A DNA stretch of 21,878 bases from the NCBI GenBank assembly GCA_040904565.1, contig JBBDTI010000058.1:75258-97135 (forward strand), in the 5' to 3' direction. The notes under the pieces were generated by a model. It made no database searches. It saw only the letters and a program-made list of their open reading frames with translations, and was not told where the DNA came from. Below are positions 7,018 to 16,463 of this stretch, one piece after another (position 1 is the stretch's first letter; each line of letters begins with the position of its first letter). The DNA is from Rhodothermales bacterium (GTDB lineage Bacteria > Bacteroidota > Rhodothermia > Rhodothermales > VXPQ01). The position numbers and the translations under genes were made by a program.

Positions 7018-10000
7018 GTGCGCGGACTGCTTACTCTCGCCGTTGCTCTCGTACTTTCGGCGAGTCTGTCGTACTGCCACCAGGAGGCAGGTTTACCGGA
7101 TCCGGGAACGGACGCATATAGCGACGCCGTGTCGGCATTCTATGCCGGACTGGCCGGTATCGAGGCGGGCGCCCATCCGCATGCTGAGGATCGCTTCCGG
7201 CGGCTCTCCGAGCTGGCGCCGGAGGAGCCGGCAGGGTGGATGAACCGGGGACTGCTCGCGCTTCGAGAGAACCGGTTGGATGAGGCTGCGGAGCTGCTGG
7301 ATCGGGCTCGACGCCTCGCGCCGGAAGAGGCGCATGTTTATTACCTGATCGGCATCCTCGAACGACGTCGGGGGCGGGTGGACGAAGCCTCCGCTCAGTT
7401 TCGACGAACGCTCCAGCTGGATCCCGGCCATCTCAAGGCCGCTTACGCACTCGTTCAGATCCTCGAGCAGCAGGAACGCGCCGAAGCCGAGCGACTCCTC
7501 GACAGCCTGCTGCAATCTCGCCCCGACCACCTCGTACTGACCGTAGAACGCGCCCGCCTCGCAGCCGAGCAGGGTGATGCGGCTGTGGTCGAGGAAATGC
7601 TCGACAGGCTCGCCGGCATGGCGGGGGGCGGAGACGCCTGGCCGCAGGAGCTTCAAGATCGGCTGTCAAACCTTCGCGAGGCCGCGGCCAGGAACGATGG
7701 GAGCGGGCTGTCTCAGGAAATCGCGTATCTGAAGAACGACTTCCAACGCGTTCCGAGCTATCGCGAGCAGCTGGCGGACGTGGAGGAGGCGGCTGGACGG
7801 GAAGGCGCGCCGATCACGCGGTTCGTCCGACTCCCCGTCCCGCGTACGACGACGGCGGATCCGGACACGGCGATGTACTTTACGGCGGACTCGCTCGCGA
7901 TCGACGGCGGACCGTGGGATTGGGTGCGTCCCCTTCCCCTCGCCGGAGATCGGGTACTCACGCTGGCCGTGGCAAACGGGCAAACCGTCAAGCTGGGTAC
8001 GGGCACGTCGTTCCCGTTTCCCGGCGGCCCCGCGGCCGTCCCGCCGGGGCGCAACGGCATCACGGCCGCAGACTGCGATAACGACTACCGGGCGGATCTG
8101 GTGCTGGCCGGGGAGGGCGGACTCCGGCTATACCGGCAAGAGCGCCTGGACACCTTCAACGACGTAACCGCCGAGATGAATCTGCCGGAGGACGTTCGGG
8201 ACGGGGACTATTCGGGCGTGTGGGCGGTGGATCTCGATATGGACGGAGATCTCGACCTGGTGCTTTCGTCTACCGTCCAGCCGACACGTGTTCTGGGAAA
8301 CGACGGCGACGGTACGTTCACGCCGTGGGCGCTGTTCGATGAGACGGACGACGTGGTGGACTTCGTCTGGGCGGATCTGGATGGTGACGAGGTGCCCGAC
8401 GCCGCACTGCTCGACGCGAGTGGCGGGCTGCACGTCTATCGCAACCTGCGCACGGGGCGTTTCGAGGCGCTCGATTCGCCGAGCCGCGGCGGCGGTGTCG
8501 TGCTCGCCGTTACGGCGGCCGATCTCGACGGCGACGGTCGTATGGAGCTCGCCGGTCTGGAGGTCGGCGGTGCGATGGCTCGCTACTCCTTCGCCGGCGG
8601 CAGCTGGACGCGCGTGACCGTCGCACGCTGGGATGGGATGCCGGAAAGCCCTTCCGTCGCCACACTGTTTGCCGCAGACCTCGATAACAACGGTGGAGTC
8701 GACCTCCTCGCGGTCGTACCGGGTGGAGGGCAGACGTGGCTGGCTGATGCTGACGGACGTCTGGTGCCCGCATCCATTTCCGTCGCCCCGCGCGTGTTCG
8801 ATGTGGCGGACCTCGGAGGAACCGGCCGGCTGGACCTGATCGGCCTTTCCTCGGGTGGACAACCCGTGCGGATGATCAACGTAGGCGTCCGAAACTATGC
8901 GTCGAAAGGAATCCAGCTCAGAGCCGAACGTACTACGGGGGATCGGCGCATCAATTCGTTCGGTATCGGTGGGACGGTCGAGATCCGCTCCGGCCTCCTG
9001 TATCAGAAACGCCGTATTACCGGTCCCGTGGTGCACTTCGGACTCGGAGAACGCGACGTGGTCGATGTCGCTCGCATCATCTGGCCCAACGGTACGTCGC
9101 AGGTGGAGTTCGACCTGGAAACGGATCAGACCGTGCTCGCCCAGCAGCGCCTGAAGGGGTCCTGTCCATGGATCTTCACGCACGACGGAACCGGCATGCG
9201 ATTCGTCACCGACTTTCTCTGGCGTACGGCCCTTGGTCTGCGCATCAATGCACAGCCGGGAACGAACGTGATCCACAGTGTGGACTGGGTCAAGATCGAC
9301 GGCGATCTGCTTCGGCCGCGGAATGGATTCTACGACGTCCGCATTACCGCGGAGCTGTGGGAAACCCACTTCTTCGACCACGTAGCGCTCATGACGGTCG
9401 ACCGTCCGGCCGGCGTCGGCGTGTTCGTCGACGAGCGGTTCGTGCTGCCGGCTCCGGACCCGGAGCTATTTGCCGTCGCTCCTCTCCGGTCCGTGGCGGG
9501 AGCTTGGGACCACCGCGGGCGCGCCGTGACCGACCTCGTTCGTGATCTCGACGGACGATATCTGGACACGTTCGACCTCGGTCCGTACCAGGGCGTGGCG
9601 GAGCCGCATTTCGTGGAAGTCGCGTTGGGCGACGGCGCGGCGGAATCAGGGCCGATCCGTCTCGTTGCTTCCGGCTGGGTTCGTCCAACCGACAGCTCCA
9701 TCAATCTGGCCGTCGCACAGGGCTCGCACGACCCCCCGCGCGGACTGCGGCTAGATGTGCCCGACGGAACCGGCGGGTGGAAGACCGTCGACTCCGATCT
9801 CGGGTTTCCGGCAGGCAAGTCGAAGACGATCGTGATCGATCTGGATGGCGTATTTCCACCAGATGTGTCCCCCCGAGTGCGGCTTCACACGAATATGGAG
9901 GTTTACTGGGATCGGATTGCCTGGTCCGTCGAAGCTCCGCAAGCGGAGCTGCGCACGGAGCGGATCGTTCCACACGCCGCCGAGCTCCGCTATCGCGGCT

Positions 10001-10461
10001 TCTCCACGGTGCGGCAGGACGGACATTCATCTCCGGAGCTGCCCGATTATGACGCGCTCACCGCCACGTCGCCGCAGTGGCTCGATCTCAGCGGCTATCA
10101 TACCCGCCTCGGCGACGTGAGCGAGCTGGTCGGACAGGTCGACGACCGGTACGTCATCATGAATGCGGGCGACGAACTGGCGTTGACCTTCACGGTGCCG
10201 CGACCTCCGCCGGATGGATGGGTCCGCGATTTTGTGCTGATCGGCGACGGCTGGGTGAAGGACGGCGACTTCAATACGGGCCACTCGGCTACCGTTCGCC
10301 CCCTTCCTTACCACGGACTGACGGATTACACGGCGCCGCCCGGACGGCTCGAAGACGATCCCGTCTTTCAACGTTTCCCACAGGACTGGGCCACCTATCA
10401 CACGCGTTACGTTACGCCCGGTCCGTTCCGGCGCGCCTTGGTCCCCGTTCAACATCCATGA
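7018..10461 (+). CDS. Exported TPR + FG-GAP/VCBS repeat + ASPIC/UnbV protein with a ~430-aa C-terminal domain of unknown function
   Basis: GTG start after AGGGGG, hydrophobic leader ending LSY-C. TPR helices (GWMNRGLLAL..AAELLDRARRLAP; VYYLIGIL..DEASAQFRRTLQLDP). Repeated DxDxDG motifs. UnbV-type NSFGIGGTVEI..VHFGLG..RIIWPNG. Then KGSCPWIFTHDG and the tail domain. Confidence 0.85.
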   Translation: MRGLLTLAVALVLSASLSYCHQEAGLPDPGTDAYSDAVSAFYAGLAGIEAGAHPHAEDRFRRLSELAPEEPAGWMNRGLLALRENRLDEAAELLDRARRLAPEEAHVYYLIGILERRRGRVDEASAQFRRTLQLDPGHLKAAYALVQILEQQERAEAERLLDSLLQSRPDHLVLTVERARLAAEQGDAAVVEEMLDRLAGMAGGGDAWPQELQDRLSNLREAAARNDGSGLSQEIAYLKNDFQRVPSYREQLADVEEAAGREGAPITRFVRLPVPRTTTADPDTAMYFTADSLAIDGGPWDWVRPLPLAGDRVLTLAVANGQTVKLGTGTSFPFPGGPAAVPPGRNGITAADCDNDYRADLVLAGEGGLRLYRQERLDTFNDVTAEMNLPEDVRDGDYSGVWAVDLDMDGDLDLVLSSTVQPTRVLGNDGDGTFTPWALFDETDDVVDFVWADLDGDEVPDAALLDASGGLHVYRNLRTGRFEALDSPSRGGGVVLAVTAADLDGDGRMELAGLEVGGAMARYSFAGGSWTRVTVARWDGMPESPSVATLFAADLDNNGGVDLLAVVPGGGQTWLADADGRLVPASISVAPRVFDVADLGGTGRLDLIGLSSGGQPVRMINVGVRNYASKGIQLRAERTTGDRRINSFGIGGTVEIRSGLLYQKRRITGPVVHFGLGERDVVDVARIIWPNGTSQVEFDLETDQTVLAQQRLKGSCPWIFTHDGTGMRFVTDFLWRTALGLRINAQPGTNVIHSVDWVKIDGDLLRPRNGFYDVRITAELWETHFFDHVALMTVDRPAGVGVFVDERFVLPAPDPELFAVAPLRSVAGAWDHRGRAVTDLVRDLDGRYLDTFDLGPYQGVAEPHFVEVALGDGAAESGPIRLVASGWVRPTDSSINLAVAQGSHDPPRGLRLDVPDGTGGWKTVDSDLGFPAGKSKTIVIDLDGVFPPDVSPRVRLHTNMEVYWDRIAWSVEAPQAELRTERIVPHAAELRYRGFSTVRQDGHSSPELPDYDALTATSPQWLDLSGYHTRLGDVSELVGQVDDRYVIMNAGDELALTFTVPRPPPDGWVRDFVLIGDGWVKDGDFNTGHSATVRPLPYHGLTDYTAPPGRLEDDPVFQRFPQDWATYHTRYVTPGPFRRALVPVQHP

Positions 10462-10480
10462 AAGAACCGTTCGAACTTCT

Positions 10481-10503
10481 CCCTCGCACATACCTTGTGA
10501 GGG
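10481..10503 (+). terminator. Possible terminator or processing hairpin after the TPR-VCBS gene
   Basis: ccctcgca[catacct]tgtgaggg, an 8-bp stem 20 nt after the stop codon. No U-tract follows. Confidence 0.3.
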
Positions 10504-10568
10504 CAACGTAAAGTTAGGGGGAAAATATGGTACAGTTTGAATTTCTCCTCAATTTGGACGATGTTGGA

Positions 10569-10686
10569 GTCAGGTTTAGAGGAACCTGGACCGTAGTTCC
10601 GTCAGAACGATGACCTGCTTTAGGGTCGTCTGAGTGTTCGAGCGTACGGAGATGTCCTGCGTGATCAATCAAAGGGACACTCAACC
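10569..10686 (+). promoter_or_regulatory. Putative structured 5' leader of susC
   Basis: Stems caggtt/aacctg, ggaac/gttcc, tccgt/acgga, tcag(a)acga/tcgtctga, and tgtcct/gggaca, which overlaps the SD-like AAGGGA. No known riboswitch consensus was recognised. Confidence 0.3.
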
Positions 10687-13600
10687 ATGAAGCAGATTGC
10701 ATCACCTCTCTCGTTCATCGTTCTGATCATTGCGTTGATGGCGCCGGCTGGCGCCTTCGCGCAGCACGAGGTTTCGGGCACCGTGAGTGACTCGACCGAC
10801 GGCGGGCCTCTTCCGGGCGTCAATATCATCGTGAAGGGGACGACCCAGGGTGCGGCCACGAATGCGATCGGCCAGTACGAACTGACGGCACCGAGCGCCC
10901 AGGATACGCTCGTGTTTTCGTTTATCGGCTACGAGTCGAAAGAGGTGCCGATCGACGGGCGGTCGGAGGTAAATGTTGAGCTTGCGACCGTTACCTACGT
11001 AGGTGGAGAGCTGGTCGTAGTCGGGTACGGAACCCAGCAGCGTCGGCAGATTACGGGATCGGTCTCCAGCCTCGATCCGGAAGACTTCGCCGTCGGAAAC
11101 GTCAACAGCGCCTCGGAGCTCATTCAGGGTAGAGTTCCCGGCCTTCAGATTACTACCCGCTCCGGCAATCCGAACGACGACGCGGAAATTAGACTGCGCG
11201 GCATATCTTCGTTTGGCGCCAACCAGGAGCCGTTGGTGGTGGTCGACGGCGTCGTCGGTGCGAGCATGGAGAACGTGGATCCCAACGACATCGCCTCCAT
11301 CGATGTCCTGAAGGATGCGTCGGCGTCGGCCATCTACGGTACCCGTGGTTCTGCCGGCGTGATATTGATCACGACGAAGTCAGGAGATGCGCGCGAGGGG
11401 GTCGGCGTCGATTACAACGCGTACTACACCTATGAAGGCATTGAAAACCGACTCGAGGTTCTCACCGCCGACGAATACCGGCGCCTCGGAGAGGTGACCG
11501 GCTTCAATGCGCCGGATCACGGTGCCGATACGCGGTGGTTCGAAGAGGTTACGCAGCCGGGCGGTAACATCGTACACAGCCTGGCTCTTTCGGGAGGCAA
11601 CGAGAATACGCAGTTCCGCGTTTCGGCGAATTTCAGAGATCGAAGCGGGATTCAAAAGCACACGGGCTTTCAGGAGATCGGGGGGCGCCTGAATCTTACC
11701 CAGTGGGCGCTCGACCAGGACCTGCAATTTACGGTCCAGCTCGCGGCAACGAACAAGGATCACAATTTCGGATTTACGGACGCGTTTAAGTTCGCCAGCA
11801 TCATGAATCCGACCGCTCCCGTTACGGCCGACGGTTTTGAAAATACGGGAGGCTACTTCGAGCAGCCTCTCTTTAATTATTTCAATCCGGTCAACATGAT
11901 CGAGGAGGGGCAGCGAGTCGGAGAGACGAAATTTTTCAACGGCGTGCTCAGCGCTGAATATGACCTGAGCACCTTCGTTCCGAATCTGTCTGTTTCCGCG
12001 CAGTATGCTCGGCAGTCGGAAGACCAGGTCCGGAGAAACTTTTATTCTAGGCAGCACAAGCTCCTCGGCGGGGCTACGGCCGCGTCGCGGGGTCCCGGTC
12101 TCGCGCAGCAGTTCTATGTGGATCGGCGGAACGAGTTGTTCGAATCCACCCTCCATCATCTCGGCAGCGTGACCCCGGAGCTGGACGTGGAGACGATCGC
12201 GGGCTATTCGTTCAACGACTTCGTCGACGAAGGCTTTTCGGCCTCCGGCGGTGACTTCATCGCCGATCACGTCGGCTTCAACAATTTCAGCTTCGCGCAG
12301 GACTTCAATCAGGGTGAAGGCTCCGTAAACAGCTTTAGGAGTACGCATCGCATTATCGGCTTCTTCGGTCGTACGAACCTGACCTACGGCGATACCTATT
12401 TCCTGAATGGAAGCATTCGCCGAGAAGGCTCGTCACGCTTCGGCATCGACCGCAAATGGGGGACCTTCTTCTCCGCCGGTGCCGGTATAGAGGTGGGCAA
12501 TCTGATAGATCTGGGTCCGGTGAACTCGCTGCGACTGCGCGGGAGCATCGGCAAAACGGGACAGGATGCACCGGAGAGCGGGCTTTCGGTCCAGCGATTT
12601 GCCCCGCAGGGCAACTTCTTCGTCAACGGCAGTTTCATCCAGAGCTTTGGTCCGGTAAGTAACCCGAATCCCAATTTGAAATGGGAAGAGAAGACGGAGA
12701 TCAACCTCGGGCTCGACTTCGAGGCCCTGCGGAATCGACTGGCAGGCCGGATCGACGCGTACAATTCCGTCACGTCCGACCTGCTCTTCGAAGTTGGCGT
12801 GCCGGTTCCTCCCAACCTGTTCCCATCGACGTGGACGAACGTCGGAGAGCTCGAGACGAGCGGGCTGGAGATTTCGCTCGACTATACGGCCCTTCAGGGG
12901 AGTCCGGCCGGCGGATTGCGCTGGGAAACGGGGCTGATCGCGTCGTTCTATTCGGAAACAATGCTTAATAAATATCTCACGGAAGACGTCCAGTTTCTCG
13001 CGAGTCCGGGGTCGCCTGGACTCAACACTCCGGATCTGATTCGGATCAAGGAGGGCGAGCCCATCGGGCAGCTCTGGGGCCCGAAATTCTCGGGAATCGG
13101 TTCCAACGGGGAGTGGCTCTTCACCACGCCGGGCGGATCGGAAGTGACGTATGGGGATCTCAATTTCCCGGACGACGAGCAGATTCTGGGTAACGGCCTG
13201 CCCGACTTCCAGCTCGGCTGGTCGAATACGGTCAACGTCAGGAATTTTGATTTCAATGTCTTCGTCGAGGGCGTCTTCGGCCACCAGCTGGCCAACATGT
13301 TCAGTCTTTTCTATTCGGTACCGAAGCAGATTACGTCCTATAACGTTCTGACGTCGGCTTTCGATCTCACGGACCTGAAGGACGATCCTCGATGGTCGAG
13401 TTATTACGTGGAAGATGCTGACTTCGTGCGCATTCAGAATGCGACGCTGGGGTATACCATCCCCGTATCGTCGACCAGCGCGATCAGCCGCCTGCGCGTG
13501 TACGTATCGGGCAACAATCTCTATACGTTCACGGGATACAGTGGCGTGAATCCGCAGGTTCGTTACGAAGACACCAACCTTGGCCAGTCTGAGCAGGGTT

Positions 13601-13692
13601 CGAGCGGCGGTTCTCTGGCTCCGGGCATCGAACGTCGGATCGAATGGTTCACCGCGCGGTCGATCAGCATCGGCCTCAGCCTGAATCTCTAG
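10687..13692 (+). CDS. susC: SusC/RagA-family TonB-dependent outer-membrane transporter
   Basis: Signal peptide AFA-Q, N-terminal extension (VSGTVSD..PLPGVNIIVKGT..FSFIGY), VVVGYGTQ, plug motif DIASIDVLKDASASAIYGTRGSAGVILITTKSG, RREGSSRFG, NPNLKWE, VEDADFVRIQNATLGY and a beta-strand C-terminus. Confidence 0.97.
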   Translation: MKQIASPLSFIVLIIALMAPAGAFAQHEVSGTVSDSTDGGPLPGVNIIVKGTTQGAATNAIGQYELTAPSAQDTLVFSFIGYESKEVPIDGRSEVNVELATVTYVGGELVVVGYGTQQRRQITGSVSSLDPEDFAVGNVNSASELIQGRVPGLQITTRSGNPNDDAEIRLRGISSFGANQEPLVVVDGVVGASMENVDPNDIASIDVLKDASASAIYGTRGSAGVILITTKSGDAREGVGVDYNAYYTYEGIENRLEVLTADEYRRLGEVTGFNAPDHGADTRWFEEVTQPGGNIVHSLALSGGNENTQFRVSANFRDRSGIQKHTGFQEIGGRLNLTQWALDQDLQFTVQLAATNKDHNFGFTDAFKFASIMNPTAPVTADGFENTGGYFEQPLFNYFNPVNMIEEGQRVGETKFFNGVLSAEYDLSTFVPNLSVSAQYARQSEDQVRRNFYSRQHKLLGGATAASRGPGLAQQFYVDRRNELFESTLHHLGSVTPELDVETIAGYSFNDFVDEGFSASGGDFIADHVGFNNFSFAQDFNQGEGSVNSFRSTHRIIGFFGRTNLTYGDTYFLNGSIRREGSSRFGIDRKWGTFFSAGAGIEVGNLIDLGPVNSLRLRGSIGKTGQDAPESGLSVQRFAPQGNFFVNGSFIQSFGPVSNPNPNLKWEEKTEINLGLDFEALRNRLAGRIDAYNSVTSDLLFEVGVPVPPNLFPSTWTNVGELETSGLEISLDYTALQGSPAGGLRWETGLIASFYSETMLNKYLTEDVQFLASPGSPGLNTPDLIRIKEGEPIGQLWGPKFSGIGSNGEWLFTTPGGSEVTYGDLNFPDDEQILGNGLPDFQLGWSNTVNVRNFDFNVFVEGVFGHQLANMFSLFYSVPKQITSYNVLTSAFDLTDLKDDPRWSSYYVEDADFVRIQNATLGYTIPVSSTSAISRLRVYVSGNNLYTFTGYSGVNPQVRYEDTNLGQSEQGSSGGSLAPGIERRIEWFTARSISIGLSLNL

Positions 13693-13725
13693 GAAACTGA
13701 ACGCACATTAACGCAGGATTTAGCC

Positions 13726-15405
13726 GTGTCTGATCACAGATATATCCCAACTTGTTCGTTCCTCGTGGCGCTGTGCGTGGCCGCTCTGCTCGCGTCGTGC
13801 ACGGATCTGGTGGAGCCGATCGACAGCCAGGTCACGACGGAGAATTTCTTCCAGACCGATCAGCAATTCGTCTCGGCGCTGGGCGATGCGTACAGCGCGC
13901 TCACGGCCGTTGGAGGCGGGGGTGCCCCCGCGCAGCTGAACGAGGCGACGACCGACGAAGTGATTGTCCCCGCTCGCGGTCAGGACTGGTCGGAGGGCGG
14001 TTTCTGGTACCGCGTGAACAGTCACCGCTGGACGCCGTCGGACGGCACGTTCAACGGGTTCTGGCAGAGCTACTTCTCCGGCGTGAATAACGCGAACCGT
14101 CTCATCTTTCAGATAGAATCGGCGGTGGAGTCGGGAGCGGCGGATGCCGGCGTGGCCGCGACGTTTATCTCGGAGTTGCAGGCGATGCGCGGGTTCTATT
14201 ATTACTGGCTGCTCGATGCGTTCGGTAACGTTCCCATCGTGACCAGCTTCGCGGATGCGGATCCCAACCCATCGCAACCCTGCAGCGCGGGCCCGCAGTG
14301 CTTCGATGAAGGACGGTTGGAAGTCTTCAACTTCGTCGAACAGGAGCTCGTCGATAATATTAATAACCTGAGCGACGACGTACGGTCGACGTACGGACGG
14401 ATGAATGTGTACGTCGCGCACATGACCCTGGCCAAGCTGTATATGAATGCCGAGGTCTACACCGGTACGCCGCGATGGAACGACGCCCTGACGCACCTTA
14501 ACGCGATCATCAATTCGGGCCAGTATAATCTGGCCGCCAATTACCACGATAATTTCGCGGTTCAGAACGAAGGCTCGCCGGAGAATATATTCGTGGTGCC
14601 GTACGACAAGGTTTTTCTTACCGGGTTTAACCTGAATATGATGACGCTGCACTACGGCAGCCAGAACACCTACAATTTCCAGAATCAGCCCTGGAACGGA
14701 TGGTCGGCGACGCAGAAGATCTACGAATCGGTCATCGACCCCGAGCAAAATCCGGGTCCGCAGGGTGACGTCTGGGGGACGCAGCCCACCTCATCGGATG
14801 CCGGACTCGAACGCGTGCAGGGGACGCTCGACGATCGGGTAGGTAATTTCATTATCGGACCGCAGTTTACGGCGGCCGGTGCGAGAATTACCGACAGCGG
14901 CGTGTTTTCTGATTTCGACCTGAACGGTCCGCCGTTAACCTTCACGCCGGCCGTAAACGATCTGGAAGCGGTCGCCTGCCGGCAGTGCGGCGCACGCATC
15001 GGCAAGTACGCATTCGAGATGGGCGGTGGGCCCAACCTGAGCAACGATTTCGTCATTTACCGCTATGCCGACGTGCTGCTTATGAAGGCGGAGGCTCTCT
15101 GGCGTCAGAATCCGGGCAGCGGAGAAGCGCTCGCTCTGGTCAATCAGATTCGGACGCGCTCCGGCGTGGATCCGTTTTCGTCGCTGGACGCCGATAAGAT
15201 CCTCGCCGAACGCGGACGGGAGCTGTTCTGGGAACAGGTTCGCCGGCAAGATTTGATTCGATTCGACGGCATAGAGGGCGGACAAACGCGCTACAACGAC
15301 CCGTGGCAGTTCAAGCCGATCTCCGAGGCTCATCGGAACGTAGCGCCGATCCCGACGGACCAGCTCCAGACGAATGCCAATCTGGTTCAAAACCCGGGTT
15401 ATTAA
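13726..15405 (+). CDS. susD: SusD/RagB-family nutrient-binding lipoprotein
   Basis: Directly follows susC. Lipobox LAS-C, ELQAMRGFYYYWLLDAFGNVP, LAKLYMNAEVY, YRYADVLLMKAEA, ILAERGRELFWE..RRQDLIRF and terminal QNPGY. Confidence 0.97.
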   Translation: MSDHRYIPTCSFLVALCVAALLASCTDLVEPIDSQVTTENFFQTDQQFVSALGDAYSALTAVGGGGAPAQLNEATTDEVIVPARGQDWSEGGFWYRVNSHRWTPSDGTFNGFWQSYFSGVNNANRLIFQIESAVESGAADAGVAATFISELQAMRGFYYYWLLDAFGNVPIVTSFADADPNPSQPCSAGPQCFDEGRLEVFNFVEQELVDNINNLSDDVRSTYGRMNVYVAHMTLAKLYMNAEVYTGTPRWNDALTHLNAIINSGQYNLAANYHDNFAVQNEGSPENIFVVPYDKVFLTGFNLNMMTLHYGSQNTYNFQNQPWNGWSATQKIYESVIDPEQNPGPQGDVWGTQPTSSDAGLERVQGTLDDRVGNFIIGPQFTAAGARITDSGVFSDFDLNGPPLTFTPAVNDLEAVACRQCGARIGKYAFEMGGGPNLSNDFVIYRYADVLLMKAEALWRQNPGSGEALALVNQIRTRSGVDPFSSLDADKILAERGRELFWEQVRRQDLIRFDGIEGGQTRYNDPWQFKPISEAHRNVAPIPTDQLQTNANLVQNPGY

Positions 15406-15432
15406 GCAGTTATTCGATCTTTGAGGACTGGT

Positions 15433-16293
15433 ATGTGGATGGTATGCTCGGTTCGGCATTCGCTGCCGCCTCTAAACGTACGCCGGTTACCTCTCGTGTC
15501 GCTGATCGTTGCCGTACTGGTTGTTTGGTGTCTGCAGCCCGTACGCGCGCAAGTAGGGGATGTCTCGGACAAGGTGCTTCTGGCGGTCTTCGCCCATCCC
15601 GACGACGAGAGCACCGTGGCGCCGGTGCTGGCCCGTTACGCGCGAGAAGGAGCGAACGTGGTGCTGGTTACGGCGACGGATGGGCGCCTCGGCACCAACG
15701 AATATTCCGATCTCCCGGCGGGCGACGAACTCGCGGCGGTTCGACGAGGAGAGATGGAATGCGCGGCCTCGGCGCTGGGTGTGGAGCTGATACACCTCGA
15801 TTATTACGATCAGTTCAACTCGCAGGAAGGGTATGACGGCTTCATGCCGCAGCTTCAGGGCGTGATTCGCGATATCCATCGCATCATCGAAGAGCGCACC
15901 CCTGACGCCATCGTGACGTTCGGCCCGGACGGCTTCTCCAATCACATGGATCATCGCCTCGTCGGTTCGTCGGTCACGCAGGCACTGGTCAGCACGGAGT
16001 GGGAAACGACGCCCGCCCTCTACTTCGTGGGGATGCCGGCTTCCCAGTTCTCCGATGAGGAGCGCATCCTCCGGGGCGTGCAGGAAAAATATCTTACGGT
16101 GCGCGTTCCTTACACCGATGAGGACGGCCGCGCGGCCATCGAGTCGCTGCGGTGTCATACGTCGCAGTTCCCGCCCGATTTCGTGGAACGGCGAGCCGCT
16201 CGTGAGGCGGAAACAGAGAACCTCATCTACTTTCGTCCCTTCACGGCACCCACGGGCCAGTCTGGCGACCTGTTCGCACCGCCGTCACCATGA
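15433..16293 (+). CDS. Exported PIG-L/LmbE-family de-N-acetylase
   Basis: AVFAHPDDE, ATDGRLG, VRRGEMECA..LG, VTFGPDG..HMDH and CHTSQF. GAGGA lies 5 nt before ATG 15433. Hydrophobic leader ending VRA-Q. Exact start is uncertain. Confidence 0.9.
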   Translation: MWMVCSVRHSLPPLNVRRLPLVSLIVAVLVVWCLQPVRAQVGDVSDKVLLAVFAHPDDESTVAPVLARYAREGANVVLVTATDGRLGTNEYSDLPAGDELAAVRRGEMECAASALGVELIHLDYYDQFNSQEGYDGFMPQLQGVIRDIHRIIEERTPDAIVTFGPDGFSNHMDHRLVGSSVTQALVSTEWETTPALYFVGMPASQFSDEERILRGVQEKYLTVRVPYTDEDGRAAIESLRCHTSQFPPDFVERRAAREAETENLIYFRPFTAPTGQSGDLFAPPSP

Positions 16294-16463
16294 CGAGGAT
16301 ATGACTGAAGTGCCCGCTAGCGGACGGCCCACTTACTGCCGGCACAATTGCGCTTCATTTTGCTGATGTCGTGTGGGGGTCAGCCTGGTTCAGCCTTCTT
16401 CCGGCTCCGCTTCGTGAATCTCTCCCCTCCTTAATCTCAGTATCTCTTTACCGTCGTTTAACT

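Noticed and set aside
10575-10650. TPP or cobalamin riboswitch upstream of susC (gaacctg, ctgag fragments)
   Set aside because: The fragments are in the wrong order and the conserved cores are missing. Kept only as an unassigned structured-leader candidate.
10687-15405. Apparently lower GC in susC/susD as a sign of horizontal transfer
   Set aside because: Not quantified. It can be explained by Asn/Phe/Tyr-rich outer-membrane protein composition, and no mobility genes or boundary repeats are seen.
16315-16324. Palindrome ccgctagcgg, also present inside the long VCBS gene near 19916, as an operator
   Set aside because: Only 10 bp, one copy is intragenic, and no regulator is nearby. Compatible with chance.
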